DNA of 64,000 nucleotides from NCBI GenBank assembly GCA_051362555.1, contig CM120640.1:69356788-69420787 (forward strand), read 5' to 3'. Each line of letters begins with the position of its first letter. Within the stretch, counting starts at the first letter, position 1. Below the pieces are notes generated by a model. The model had not been told where the DNA came from. It did no database searches and saw nothing but the letters and a program-made list of their open reading frames with translations. Below are positions 25,999-38,300 of this stretch, one piece after another. The position numbers were made by a program, and so were the translations under genes. The DNA comes from Lingula anatina (Eukaryota > Animalia > Brachiopoda).

Positions 25999-26817
25999 TC
26001 AACATCCACGCAGATCTGCTCTCATAGAAATGTGATTATTCCAGGAGGTTGGATTAATGCGCACATAACGAGCATATATTGGAGGATATAGCACGTTCTC
26101 CTGGATATTCCTAGTTTCCACATTTCCCTTGAAGGTCTGAAAAAACCATGAAAAGCAGTATACTAGCAATAATACAACACTGAGTATAAGAAGTATTAGT
26201 TTTGTCAAAATAAGAATTGCAACATGACGTCATAGGTACATGCATGTCATCTATTTATTGCAAATAGGCTCTGAGAAAGTGTGACATAGTTTATGTAGTT
26301 AATTAAGTAATCTCATACATATTTAGCTAAGTTTCTGTATGGATATTTGACAGTAGTGCTATACCTTAATACGTCCATTTGCATCCCCGTATGCTTTCAG
26401 CTGCAGTTGGCTACTGTTACCATAGTGCACCTGATATTCTCTGACATATTGGTTGTGATCAAATTCCCTGCCCTTGGTCAGTATTGCTGTCACTTTCCTC
26501 ACTGTCCCAAGGTCAAACTGTAGCCACTGATGTTGGTCATTTTTGTCAGCACACCAGGCTCCAACCTTTCTGTAATTATTATTTATTCTTGACATGGCTG
26601 GGCTGTATTGTCCATTCTTCCTCCAATAAGTAGAAGCTGTAATCATGTTATCAGAAATTGGGTGCTTCCCAGATACCAGTAAGTCCATACAGTTTGCTGG
26701 AGGGGCCAAGGAATTCAGGCGGTTGGTTAGGACTTTCACTTCATCTTTTAATTTTCTTGACTGAACAGCAACATAGAGTACCAGCAAGATCAGCACCTTA
26801 GCTTGTCTCATACCCAT
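25999..26817 (-). CDS. Secreted single-domain F5/8 type C (discoidin) protein, copy 1, intact, 196 aa
   Basis: Exons 26817-26365 and 26136-25999 (phase 0 GT-AG). Signal peptide MGMRQAKVLILLVLYVAVQS, short coiled coil, and FA58C motifs ISDNMITAS, GAWCA, QWLQFDLG...VTAILTKGR, YVREYQVHY, FKGN, PIYARYVRINP, ISMRADLRGC. Confidence 0.9.
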
Positions 26818-27048
26818 CTTGGCATTAATTAGGGACCTCTCTGAGTGATTCGTATGAGGTGATGTACAGAACTATTTATTTACAAATTGCCAGTGAACAA
26901 AGACAGAAGTCGTGATGTTGATAACTGAGACACTGATGGCTATCTGTTCTTGAAATAAACGAAAAATGAATTAATGCGCTGTGTCAAATTAGAATAAAAA
27001 TGTGCTTGATTATATTTGATTTTATTTCCTGTGGCCGTGGAGGAATCT

Positions 27049-27180
27049 CCCATCTTGCCTAGGTGTCAGCGAATCCTGTTTCTTTAATTTATTTATTATT
27101 TTGTTTGTTTAATGCTTTTACATGTGCCATCCTTGATGTCTAGTAATTACAACATTTCAAGGCTGAGTTTTCATATTCTA
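27049..27180 (+). other. Displaced copy of the ZSWIM7 intron/exon boundary at 46260-46381
   Basis: cccatcttgcctaggtgtcagcgaatcc...aatgcttttacatgtgccatccttgatgt...ggctgagtttt aligns with 46260-46381; acceptor context is AAG rather than CAG. Confidence 0.8.
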
Positions 27181-27463
27181 ATTTCATATCTAAAAACCAT
27201 AATATATCACAGAAGTGAAATATATTGCAAACAATAAATAATGTTCAAAATCGGTTAATTAACTATATTTGAAAGAATTAATTTAATGAAAATTAAAATC
27301 ACCATCTATACACCATAGAACTTCCAGACACAGAACTCTATGATTTACAGCTAAATTGAACTTTCCTTTGAGGCAGAGGGAGCAATTTTGTCCAACACAC
27401 AAATCATATTAGCTTTAATCCATTTTGATTCAGTGATTAAGTTTTAAATGACTGCATGGCTAG

Positions 27464-29325
27464 TTAGTACCACCAGGGTGTACGCTGGCAGTACTCATGG
27501 TTTTAGTCCCGACCCGTCTCGTACAGCTCCGCCGGCTCCTACGGCCCCGCAGTCGGGTGCCGGAAACAAGCCACCGTTACTGCTTCTCCTCCTAGACCGC
27601 AAGGACCTGTGTCCCCATCTCTTGGATTTAGGTCACATATAATCTCAACTTGAACACCCTGGTTTTTTGTCTCCATCGGTGCACTGGCCTGGGCATGACG
27701 CTTGTTGAAATGCACCCTTGTCAAAATTTTTGAAAATTCAATGCTTAATATCTCCCAAACCAAAGGAATTATGGGAAAAATTACTACAGAAGTCTGACCG
27801 AAAGTCATATGTGGTGATTCCAAATGTGCCCTTGGATTTGACTTTTGACCTTTTTTTCAAGGTCAAACAAGCCAAAATTTCCTAAAAATGGGAATTTTCT
27901 GTAAAAAAATATTTGTTTGTGCTAATTTTTGGAAACTACACAGCCCTAAGCTCTCCTGTTATAGTGAGGGGTTACCATTGGGGACTCCTTTCATCTTTGG
28001 GAGTTTGGGGTCAATCGGTGCATTTTCACGGGAGAAGCAGCCATTAGATACCGAAACTGAAAACTCGCTCTAAATCTGGAATGGTAAATGCCAGAGACCT
28101 CTTTTTTATTGCATTTTGTAAACCTTGTCAAGTGCAATACTGGGGGTGGTGTCCATTTTTTTGTTTTTGATATGGTTTAGGCGTTGCCCTATATCAAAAA
28201 TTACAACATCGCAATATTCAGTGGGGAAAATGTGAAATACTCCAAAATTAGCAGAGATACGCCCATAGTTACCATTGAACTTGAATAGGAAGTCATATAC
28301 TGGTAATCTAATTGTGACCTTGAAATTGACCTTTGACCTACTTTTCATAATGAACTGCACTTTGCAAGTTTTCTGATCTTTATATATCCAAAACTGGCAA
28401 AGATACGCCCATAGTTACTATTGAACTTGAATAGGAAGTCATATGCTGGTAATCTAACTGTGACCTTGAAATTGACCTTTGACCTACTTTTCAGTACTGT
28501 ACCTTGCAAGTTTTCTGATCTTTATATCTCCAAAACTGGCAGAGATACACCCATAGTTACTGTTGAACTTTAATTGGAAGTCTTATTGGCAGTCTTATTG
28601 TGACCTTGGAATTGACCTTTGACCTACTTTTCACCATGAACTGAACTTTGCAAATTTTCTATCCCTTATATCTCGAAAACTGGCAGAGATAAGTCCAAAG
28701 TTACTATTGAACTTGAATAGGAAGTCATATACTGGCAATCTCACTATGGCCTTGAAATTGACCTTTGATCTACTATTTATGATGAACTGCACTTTGCATG
28801 TTTCCTGGCCTTCATATCTCCAAAATTGGCAAAGAAATGCCCATAGCTACTATTGAACTTTTATAGGAAGTCATATACTGTGACCTTGAAATTGACCTTT
28901 GACCTACTTTTTCCCCACAAACTGAACTCTGCATATTTTCTTGCCCCTCATATCTTCAAAGCTAGCAGAGATCTGCCCACTGTTGTCCCTAGGTTTTCTC
29001 TTTTGTCAGCAAATATGCAATACTGATAACGCATTTCAAGGAAAACCAATAGGCCTATTGTCTAGAAAATCACAGGAGTGATCAGTGTTAGGAAAATACA
29101 GCTCAATTTGAACATCTGCTTGTTTTGAACAGTTATGTTTGTTCGATATATATATATTTTTTTTCATATTTTGAGAACTCTTGTTTATTGCATTTCATAG
29201 AGCTTGTCAAGCACAAGACTGGTGGTGGTGTTCATTTTTTGGGGGTGGGGTTTACATGAGAATGCGCTTACTCCAGCTGGTGGTACAATATCCAGAGGCG
29301 GTATCGCCTCTCTGATCCTCTAGTT
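27464..29325 (+). mobile_element. Helentron-associated non-autonomous element (HINE / DINE-1-like) with internal tandem array
   Basis: 5' subTIR GTACCACCAG (27467) with nearby partial inverted repeat CTGGCAGTAC; matching 3' subTIR CTGGTGGTAC (29277-29286), then hairpin CAGAGGCG-GTAT-CGCCTCT and CTAGTT end; no TSD. Confidence 0.75.
28251..28980. repeat. About 5 tandem copies of a ~145-bp monomer inside the HINE
   Basis: Monomer starts at 28251, 28397, 28539, 28683, 28829, 28965; core TGACCTTGAAATTGACCTTTGACCT. Confidence 0.9.
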
Positions 29326-29414
29326 AAATTTAGAATGCCGATGTCTTCCTGTACATGCCAGGAGAAATGATGTCAGATATACTTTTATCTGCATAAAGGG
29401 TTTTATATATCTAA

Positions 29415-29971
29415 GAGCGCATTCCCAACGAATTAAGCCAGGCTTTACAAAGCCGGTGACCTAAAAATGGCAGACGTACATGAAAGAAAAACCGCCTAAT
29501 CTTTTAATAGTCTTTCCGCCTCTCACACGCCTCTCCACACGTCGTCCCTGCGGGGTACAGTAATTAAATCTCGGCTCCGAACATTAATATTTCAGTGAAT
29601 ATCTCTGGTGATATTATCTCCGTAGATAGTCGATTCATTGCTGCTCTACGGGCCAAATTATTCCTTTTTCGTCTCTGTTTTCAAAGATAATAGAACAGAA
29701 GAGCTTTTTTCCTTCGATCGCCTTCAGCCGCCATGCTTTCTTCACTACGAGTTTAACTGATGAGCATGCGCACTTAATATTTCTCAGGTAGCTTCTGCAT
29801 GGTGAACGGAGCCGAGATTTAATTACTGTACCCCGCAGGGACGACGTGTGGGGAGGCGTGTGAGAGGCGGAGAGACTATTAAAAGATTAGGCGGTTTTTC
29901 TTTCATGTACGTCCGCCATTTTTAGGTCACCGGCTTTGTAAAGCCTGGCTTAATTCGTTGAGAATGCGCTC
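29415..29971. mobile_element. Long-TIR foldback MITE, family B (Harbinger-type)
   Basis: ~165-bp near-perfect terminal inverted repeats GAGCGCATT.../...AATGCGCTC; TAA TSD confirmed by empty sites at ~25101 and ~41015 (atatatctaaattg). Confidence 0.92.
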
Positions 29972-30563
29972 TAAATTGTTTAAATTGGAAAAGATCAATG
30001 GCTTAGCAGGATATGTAGACACAGAAAATATGACTTAGAGAGGTTTTTGAACACAAACCATATACATTGAAGACTTTGATATCTAGTATTCTATACCTTT
30101 GATGTGACGAGATTTTTTTTTTTGCATTATGGTAGACTAGCGTGGTATTCTAAAGACTTTTGTAGTACTAAGGATCTTTAACTGTTTAAGCCACTATCAA
30201 GCGTGATTGTAAATATCATAATGCATTACTTTTTTTTTACATCCCTTTATTGTCCTCTTGGTAATTTTCACTGCAGCATATTTCAAAAGCAAATAAGAAT
30301 ACAGACATCATCGATTCAACATTGTTTAAAGTTATCCCAATTAAAATTTAAAGAAAAACATGTTAATTTCTTAAATTGAAAGAATGTTTTCCGAATAATC
30401 CCATCACTGTAAATGCACATTGTTTATTAAGGACAAGATTGTGACAATCTGATTATATTATCATCAAAGTCAGAAGAAGTGCACTATAAGCACATATCTG
30501 AATATGCATACATCTCAAATGTCTGAAAAGTGTGCAAATGGCCAAAATTGAAAATTTCATCAT

Positions 30564-31382
30564 TTAACATCCACGCAGATCTGCTCTCATAGAAATGTGA
30601 CTATACCAGGAAGTTGGATTAATGCGCACATAACGAGCATATATGGGAGGATAAAGCACGTTCTCCTGGATATTCCTAGTGTCCACATTTCCCTTGAAGG
30701 TCTGAAAAACATGAAAAGCAGTATACTAGCAATAATACAACACTGAGTATAAGAAATAATAGTTTTGTCAAAATAACAATTGCAACCTGATGTCATAGGG
30801 ACATTCATGTCATCTATGTTAATTGCAAAAAGGCTCTGAGAAAGTGTGACATAGTTTAGGTAGTTGATTAAGTAATTTTATATATATTTAGCTAAGTTTC
30901 TGTATGGGTGTTTGATAGTAGTGCTATACCTTAATACGTCCATTTGCATCACTGTATGCTTTCATCTGCAGTTGGCTACTGTTACCAAAGTGCACCTGAT
31001 ATTCTCTGACATATTGGTTCCCATCAAATTCTCTGCCCTTGGTCAGTATTGCTGTCACTTTCCTCACTGTCCCAAGGTCAAACTGTAGCCACTGACGTTG
31101 GTCATTTTTGTCAGCACACCAGGCTCCAACCTTTCTGTAATTATTATTTATTCTTGATATGACTGGGCTGTGGTGTGCATCCTTGTTCCAATAAGAAGAA
31201 GCTGTAATCATGTTATCAGAAATCGGGTGCTTCCCGGATACCAGTAGGTCCATACAGTTTGCTGGAGGGGCCAAGGAATTCAGGCGGTTGGTTAGGTCTT
31301 TTACTTCATCTTTTAATTTTCTTGACTGAACAGCAACATAGAGTACCAGCAAGATCAGCACCTTAGCTTGTCTCATACCCAT
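30564..31382 (-). CDS. Secreted single-domain F5/8 type C (discoidin) protein, copy 2, intact, 196 aa
   Basis: Exons 31382-30930 and 30701-30564; same structure as copy 1, 17 amino-acid differences by manual count. Confidence 0.9.
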
Positions 31383-32500
31383 CTTGGCGTTAATCAGGGA
31401 CCTGTCTGACTGATTCGTATGAGGTGATGTACAGCTCTATTTATTTACAAGTCGGCAGTGAACAAAGACGGAAGTTGTGATGCTGATAACTGAGGCAGCG
31501 ATTGGCTATCTGTTAATTTTCTTGTAATAAATAAAAAATGAATCAATGCGCTGTGGCAAATTGAAATGAAAATGGGCTTGATTATATTTCAACTACATTT
31601 CTGTGAATTAATGATGAAGAATCACAAAGCTCTGCAATCCAGTTTGAAACTGCACTGTAACAAATACTCTAAAGGCAAAAAGACAAAATTTTCATAATCA
31701 TAGTACATCTGGTATTTGTGACTGAAAAGCTCTTTATAACATGAAAATATTATACTTGAGACAAAATGGCGTTATTGAAAGAGATGGCAATGAATTATTA
31801 AACTTTGGAAAAGAGGGTATTTATTTAGATTCCTCTGCCTTTGGAAGTTACCCATTCCTTATTGTACCCTTCTGTATTGTGTTCTTTTCTTGTCCTCTTA
31901 CTCTGTAATACTGCTATACTGCAACTCCTTTCTTTAGTTGGTGAGGCTTTCTTCTTTATAATAATAATAATTATTATAATTGTTGTTATAATTATTTTAT
32001 TTTTGCAATTTTTGTTTTTTCACAAAGTGGCATTTTTAGTAGTACTTTTGCTTCAAATTGACCAAAGAGTACTTTGTTCTTTCATCATTAATATGGTTTT
32101 CCATCGGTTTTTGACTGCTTCAGTATCTGTCAGTTTTCTCATTAATGTCTGTCCACATTTATTTTGATATATCATTATTTTTCAATAAAACATTTTTGAA
32201 TAACACTGTTAAAACATTAACAATATAAGGTGAATACTTTTAATGTTACTCCTGGATAATGTGCCACGATACAGTATCCTTGGCACTATGAAGAGGAGAA
32301 TATTTCTTTCCTTTGATTTTTTCATTTGTGAGATGCATACAAACCTACTTTCTACCAAAGGCCAAAAGGGTGGTGGCATCATAAACAGAAAGAGATTGTC
32401 TGTAGAAAAAATATTCACTCTGTGACCCTGGTAGAGGATAATACAGACTTGCTGTGTAATGGAATTTAATTGTTTTTCTTACTTTTATTCTGGTTTTTAG

Positions 32501-32595
32501 ATGTGTTTTATGAAATGTATGGAGGGTCAGCATGGAAGATGTAGTAGAACAACTATTTGAAGAAGTGAAACGAGGTTACCAGAATCATCAACATT
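32501..32595 (+). other. ZSWIM7: Duplicated first coding exon of ZSWIM7 (MEDVVEQLFEEVKRGYQNHQH), splice sites intact
   Basis: Near-identical to 44260-44354; TAG acceptor, ATG at 32532, phase-1 donor GTATGT at 32596. Confidence 0.8.
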
Positions 32596-32683
32596 GTATG
32601 TACCAGTGCTTGGGTATATAGCAATTCGGTTATTGCTTGTAAAATTTGATATTAGCCATTAATATTTTTTTATAATTAAATTT

Positions 32684-34709
32684 CCATCTATTCCATTATG
32701 CCACTATCTCCCCAGGGGAGCAAAGGGCAGCAACAACACTCCTCCAACGGAAATGATTTTGGGAGATCAGCCAATGTCATTCCGGCTGTCTTCATTTCAG
32801 TGTCCGTGCTCCTTCGCCAAGTCTGCCTAGGTCTTCCAACTTTCTGCTTTCCCTGGGGGTTCCAGTCTAGTGACTGGCGAGTTACGTTTGATGTTGGTTT
32901 GCCAATTTCCTCTTTTTGATGTCTGTTTCTATTGGTGTTTATTTTGTTCTACCCCAGAGGTCTTCGTTTGAAATAACTTCTAGCCACCTTATTTTCAAGA
33001 TGTTATGCAAGCACCTGTTGACAAAAGTTTGCAGTCTTTTCCTGTTGGTCTTTGTTGTGCGCCATGTCTCTGAGCCATACAGCATGACTGACTTGACGTT
33101 GGTTTTAAAAATTCTGATCTTGTTTTGGAGTGAGATAGCTGAAGATCGCCAGATAGGACGAAGAAGTCTGAAGGCATGTCTTTGCTTTGTTGATGCGGCT
33201 CTTGATGTCATCATCTGTTCCACCATCTTTACTCACTACGCTGCCCAGGTAGGTGAACTTGTCTACTTCCTTGATTTCCTCCTGCTGTAGAAATGGAGGG
33301 TCTTGCTGTTGGTTGTTGATGCGTAGGACCTCGGTCTTCTCGATGTTGATCCTGAGGCCAGTCTTCTCTGTCTCTACTCGACACGTTCTAGTTTATCCTG
33401 GACAAGTTGTTTTCTGTGAGAGAGAAGGCTAATGTCATCTGCAAAGTCGACATCTTCCAACTGCTTGGTGAATGTCCACTGTATGCAGGTCTTGTGGCCT
33501 GTAGTGGATTGCCACATAATCCAGTCCACCACCATCAGAAAAATAACTGGTGACAACATGCATCCCTGGCATATGCCGGTCTGTATCTGGAAGGGGTCAG
33601 TTAGCTTTCCCTCGTGTATGACTTGGCAGGTTGCATCTTCATACATCTGCTGAATGATGGTGATGTACTAGTACTTTGGGGGAAAGCCATAGTGCTGCAT
33701 CAGTTTCCAGATGACCTCCCTGTCCACGCTATCAAACACCTTCTGGAAGTCTACAAAAACGCTGTATAGTGGTATCTGCAACTCCAATGACTGCTCTATG
33801 ATGATTCTCATTGTGGGGATGTGGTCTGTACAGGATCTATCTTGGCGGAAGCCTGCTTGTTCATATCGCAGGGTCTTGTCGAGGGCAGTCTTAAATCTCT
33901 CCAAGATGATTTTTGACAGTACTTTTCCAGGTATAGAAAGTAGCATAATCCCTCTCCAGTTGTTGTACAAGGTGAGGTCTCCTTTCTTGGGTAGTTTCAC
34001 AATGCAGCCGTTCTTCCAGTCCTCTGGTACTGCTTCCTTCTCCCAGATCTTTACTAGCAATGGGTGCATGTTCGTTGATGTCTGGACATCTGCCTTCAGG
34101 GCTTCTTTTGGAATGCTGTCTGGTCCTGCTGCTTTGCCAGACTTCAGGGACTTGATGGCTTTCATGATGTCTTGCTTTGTTGGTGGGTTAGTACTAACGT
34201 CAAGTAACTGAGTGGCCAGTGGTATGTCAGGAGGTACTTGCTGGTGGGGGTCTGTTCAAAGTCTCCTTAAAATATTCTGTCCATCTTGCTCTTTGCTCTG
34301 CCTTCCTGTTATGGTCTTACCGTTCTTGTCTCTCACTGGTTGGGTAGGGTTCCTCGTTTTTTCCCGATAACGCTCTTGTAATTTCATAGATTCTTTTCAT
34401 GTCTCCCTTCTTTGCTGCTGTCTCTGCCTCCTCTTTGAGTTCGTGAATGAAGGCTCGCTTGTCTTGCCTAGTGCTGTTTTTTTTACCTGCCAGTTGGTCT
34501 CCCAGTAAAGTGTCTGCAGCTCTTGTTTCTCCTCTTGGCCCTGTGTCAAGTTGATCTTTCCTTTTAGCTCTTTTCTGTTGTTGATGAGGTTCCATGTGGC
34601 TATAGAGAGCCACTCCTTGTGCTTTCGCCTTTTCTTCCCAAGAACCTCATTACATGTTGATGTCCAGGTGTTGCGGAGTCTACGCCAGTGGTCTTCTACC
34701 GTGTCTTTT
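32684..34709 (-). mobile_element. 5'-truncated, frameshifted RTE-clade LINE
   Basis: RT fragments LKSGKAAGPDSIP, IVKLPKKGDLT..NNWRGIMLLS, EQAGFRQDRSCTDHI, FVDFQKVFDSV, QGCMLSP, DFADD, VMLYGSETW and C-terminal WNPQGKQKVGRPRQTWRR, split over several frames. Confidence 0.92.
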
Positions 34710-34951
34710 AATTTAATAATACAAATTTAAGTTTTGAAGAAAAAAATGTAAACTTCTTAAATTGAAAGAATGTTTTACATTTAGTAATCCATTCACTGTA
34801 AATGCACATTGTTAATGAAGGACAAAATTGTGACGATCTGATTATTATCATCAAAGTCCGAAGCAGAGCACTATAAGCACTTATCTGAATGTATGTACAT
34901 CTGAAATGTCTGAATATATCACAACAATGGAACTTGTACTTAGTAACTTTG

Positions 34952-35006
<55 letters not shown>

Positions 35007-35196
35007 CTGGAATTATCAGTCATTATTATTCTTATGTTTCTTTTCCCCTATCCTGAAGAGCATTCTGTTCTTCTGATCATCTTAGAGCTAATTGTTTGTA
35101 TTATCACTGAACTGGCAACTGTATGTTCACTATTGTACTATTGATGTAAAAGAAGAAAAACCCTGTGTGTAAACGGCCAAAATTGAAAATTTTCGT

Positions 35197-35329
35197 CATC
35201 AACATCCACGCAGGTCATAGAAATGTGTTTCTTCCACGGTGTTGGATTTATGCGCACATAACGAGCACATATTAGAGGATAAAGCATGTTCTCCTGGATA
35301 TTCTTAGTGTCCACATTTCCCTTGAAGGT
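35197..35329 (-). pseudogene. F5/8C copy 3: orphan exon 2 with frameshift
   Basis: TFKGNVDTKNIQENMLYPLICARYVRINPTPWKKHISM, then a 7-bp deletion; exon 1 absent, intron homology ends at ~35388. Confidence 0.85.
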
Positions 35330-35388
35330 CTGAAAAACATGAAGAGCAGCTAGTATACATGTACCAGTACAAGCAATAATACAATACT

Positions 35389-38300
35389 ATGGTGGCCCCT
35401 ATTGTATATTTGAAATTTTGACTTTTCGAGTTTTTGACTTTTCGAGTTTTTGACTTTTTTACCAGTCATATGGCAACTTGCTGCGCGTAGGAAGATATTC
35501 AGAATGGAGTGCATGCTCTGAGATGGCGTCGCAGTTGAAAATTTTGTAAATTGCGTAACCTTCGCGGAAGTTCAAGAGTTGCACTTTATTCCCTGCATAA
35601 GTACCTGGTGAAAATTAAGACGTGGTAGTAGAGTTTATTATGTGTATCAGCGTTTGTGATTTACCTAGAAGTAAGAAGCAATGAATGAGGTAGATCTCAA
35701 CGAAGTCTGCCAACTGGTCACTTTTTGGCCATAGCAACACTAACATTTTTAGATATCTCACGTCACAGAAACTGTGCACCTTATTCACGTCAATGGAAGG
35801 TGGCTTTTTGCATGAGAAAATTGACTATCAAGTTTCATTAAAAATTAACCTGGCAACTTTTTTTACCAGTCGGAAAACTGGCACCGTGATTCTAGCTGTC
35901 AGATGTCAAGTGTTATTTGTTTATCAAGACAAGAGCAACTAATAGTTAAAATGTACTTCCTGTTTTGAGAATACATATGGGAGATAAGAAACATATATAT
36001 GTTGTATGATGTTTGTATAAAAAATAATAATGAAAAATGAAAAAAACTCCGATATTACTTATCATTATTACTTATAACTTATAACTTATTTTGTCTTATG
36101 TCAACTTTTTAACAATTATCGCATGTGTATTTTTATTTAAGAAAATCTGTGCCAATATTGGTATTTGCCTCAGTGAGACTTGTATGGAGTGACAAATGAA
36201 AGAAAAAAACAACTATGTAAATGTATATATATATGTGGTAATTTATTAGCAACAAAATGGACACAAAAAAAAAAAAAAAAATGTCCATCTCTTGTCTCTT
36301 CTTAACAGCAAACAGTACGTATACCTTATATGTCCTTTTAATAAGAAGTATGTGGCCATTGCAATGCTGTTATCTGAAAAATGAAACAAAGCTAATTTTA
36401 AAAATAATTTCACACAAATTCATATTTGAATGCTTCAAAGGTTTTATATTCCAAAACAACTTTCCTCATTAAAATTACTTTCTTAATCATCCACATTTAC
36501 ATACATGTATATGCAATTTCTGTACTACTGTATTTCATACCTTTGTCAGACCATAGCAGAATCCATAGTTTATACAAGGTATGTGGGCAGTCAGCTGTTA
36601 AGGTGTTGTTATGGTTAAGATTTAAGAGTTTTAAAGTTGTTGAATACCTCTCACTTCCTGTCTCTTTTCATTTACTTAAAAATATAGCACATTAGTAATG
36701 TGTCTTATCTAAATAAAATACAACTGATTAACCACCTGTAATAATAAAATCTTCATTTTACTCCGACAATTCAGAAGGTTCTATAGATAGTGTGTAACTC
36801 TACCCTTGACAAATCATAGCATTAGTTTAAAAATTGAGAAGTTCAGATCATGGTGAAAAGTAGGTCAAAGGTCAACTAGCAAGGTCTTGGTGAGATTGCC
36901 AGAATATGATCTCCTATACAAGTTCAATAGTAACTATGGGCGTATCTCTGCCAGTTTTCCAGATATAAGGGATAGAAAATTTGCAAAGTTCAGTTCAAAA
37001 ATATATTTCCATGTAGGATTTGTGTCTTTATTATAAAGAATAAAACTGTAAGGCACTAACCCCATTTCCATAGATTTTTAGATCGATCTATCCCTGTGGG
37101 GAGTCTCACTAGATTACTGTCAGCTTGGCCGGCTTAATCATCTGTCCCGCCTACTAAAAGCTGTAAGGGGGTTATTAACTATGGTGCCCGCTGGGCTGAC
37201 TGCAATTTAGCGTGAACCCCCAGGGAGTTAGGTCGATCTAAATCTTTATCTTTAGATCGATCTAAATCTCTGGGAAAGCACCCTTAGTTTTGTTGTACCA
37301 CTCAATGAGAAAATTACAATTAAAAAAATATGAATTAAAAAATACAGTATGTGTAAAATTCACAATTGTCTGTGATTTTTCATTGAAAAAACCAAGTACC
37401 TAGTCCATTTGATTTTGATAATGTCATTCATTTTTTAAAGAAATTTCGACTTGCCCCCATTAAGAACATACAATTTTGTTGTTGAAGACATATCTTTGTA
37501 AAAGTGTGCAACCTAAATTTTCAAACCCAAAATAATTCTTTAGAAACACCTAATGAAAAGAATATAATAAAATAAAATCAAAGCCTATGATCAAAGATTG
37601 TCATCTAGATTGAATCATCTATTATTGATTTTTCAATCTAAAAGTGTGCAACCCAAAGCATTCATATTCCCTAACCCAAAATAATTATGTGGACACGTCC
37701 ACTGAAATTTTAAGGAAATCAGCTTTTACATCAAGATTGGGTCATTTATTATTGACATTTCAATCTAAAAGTGTGCAACCTAAAGCATTCAAATTCTGTA
37801 GCCTGAAAAAAGTTTGTGGTAGCACCATCTGATTGTATCATTTATTATTACTGTTCAGTTAATTAAACTTTGAAATGAAAATCCAAATATAGCAGTTATG
37901 TAAAAAGTCTGTGGTAGCACCATCTGATTGTATCATTTATTATTAAAGTTCAGTTGATTAAATTTTGTAATGAAAATCCAAATATAGCAGTTATGTAAAC
38001 AGTTTCATTATTATTGTTCCTCGTGATTTCTTGGAAATAAAGCCTGTTCAGCAGATTTCTCAAACTATGCCAACCAAAAAATGGGCAAAAAAGAAAAAAA
38101 TGAGCTTGGTATAATTGTAGCTTTTCTACCATGTAGTATGAAGATCACATTACCAATCCCAATATTAAATAAAATACGACTAAAAGTTGAGTTCAAAGTT
38201 TACTCCAAGAATCAAGAAGGCTCTATAGATAGTGGGAAATTCTACCCTTGACAAATCACAACAATCATTCAATTTTCAAGAAGAAGTCGGTCCTATATTT

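Noticed and set aside
28251-28980. Regularly spaced repeats suggesting a CRISPR-like array
   Set aside because: Whole ~145-bp monomers are homologous, with no unique spacers; eukaryotic context and no cas genes.
31841-32167. 108-aa hydrophobic ORF resembling a membrane protein
   Set aside because: Arises from T-rich and (ATA)n low-complexity sequence; not preserved in the paralogous 43.2-43.9 kb segment.
32916-34211. Plus-strand ORFs of 124 and 166 aa
   Set aside because: Antisense shadows of the RTE reverse transcriptase; the same applies to plus-strand ORFs over the channel, PRC1 and SPECC1L exons.
34945-35004. Long poly-T as the tail of a processed discoidin retrocopy
   Set aside because: Copy 3 retains intron sequence and homology continues on both sides of the run; best read as expansion of an existing T tract.
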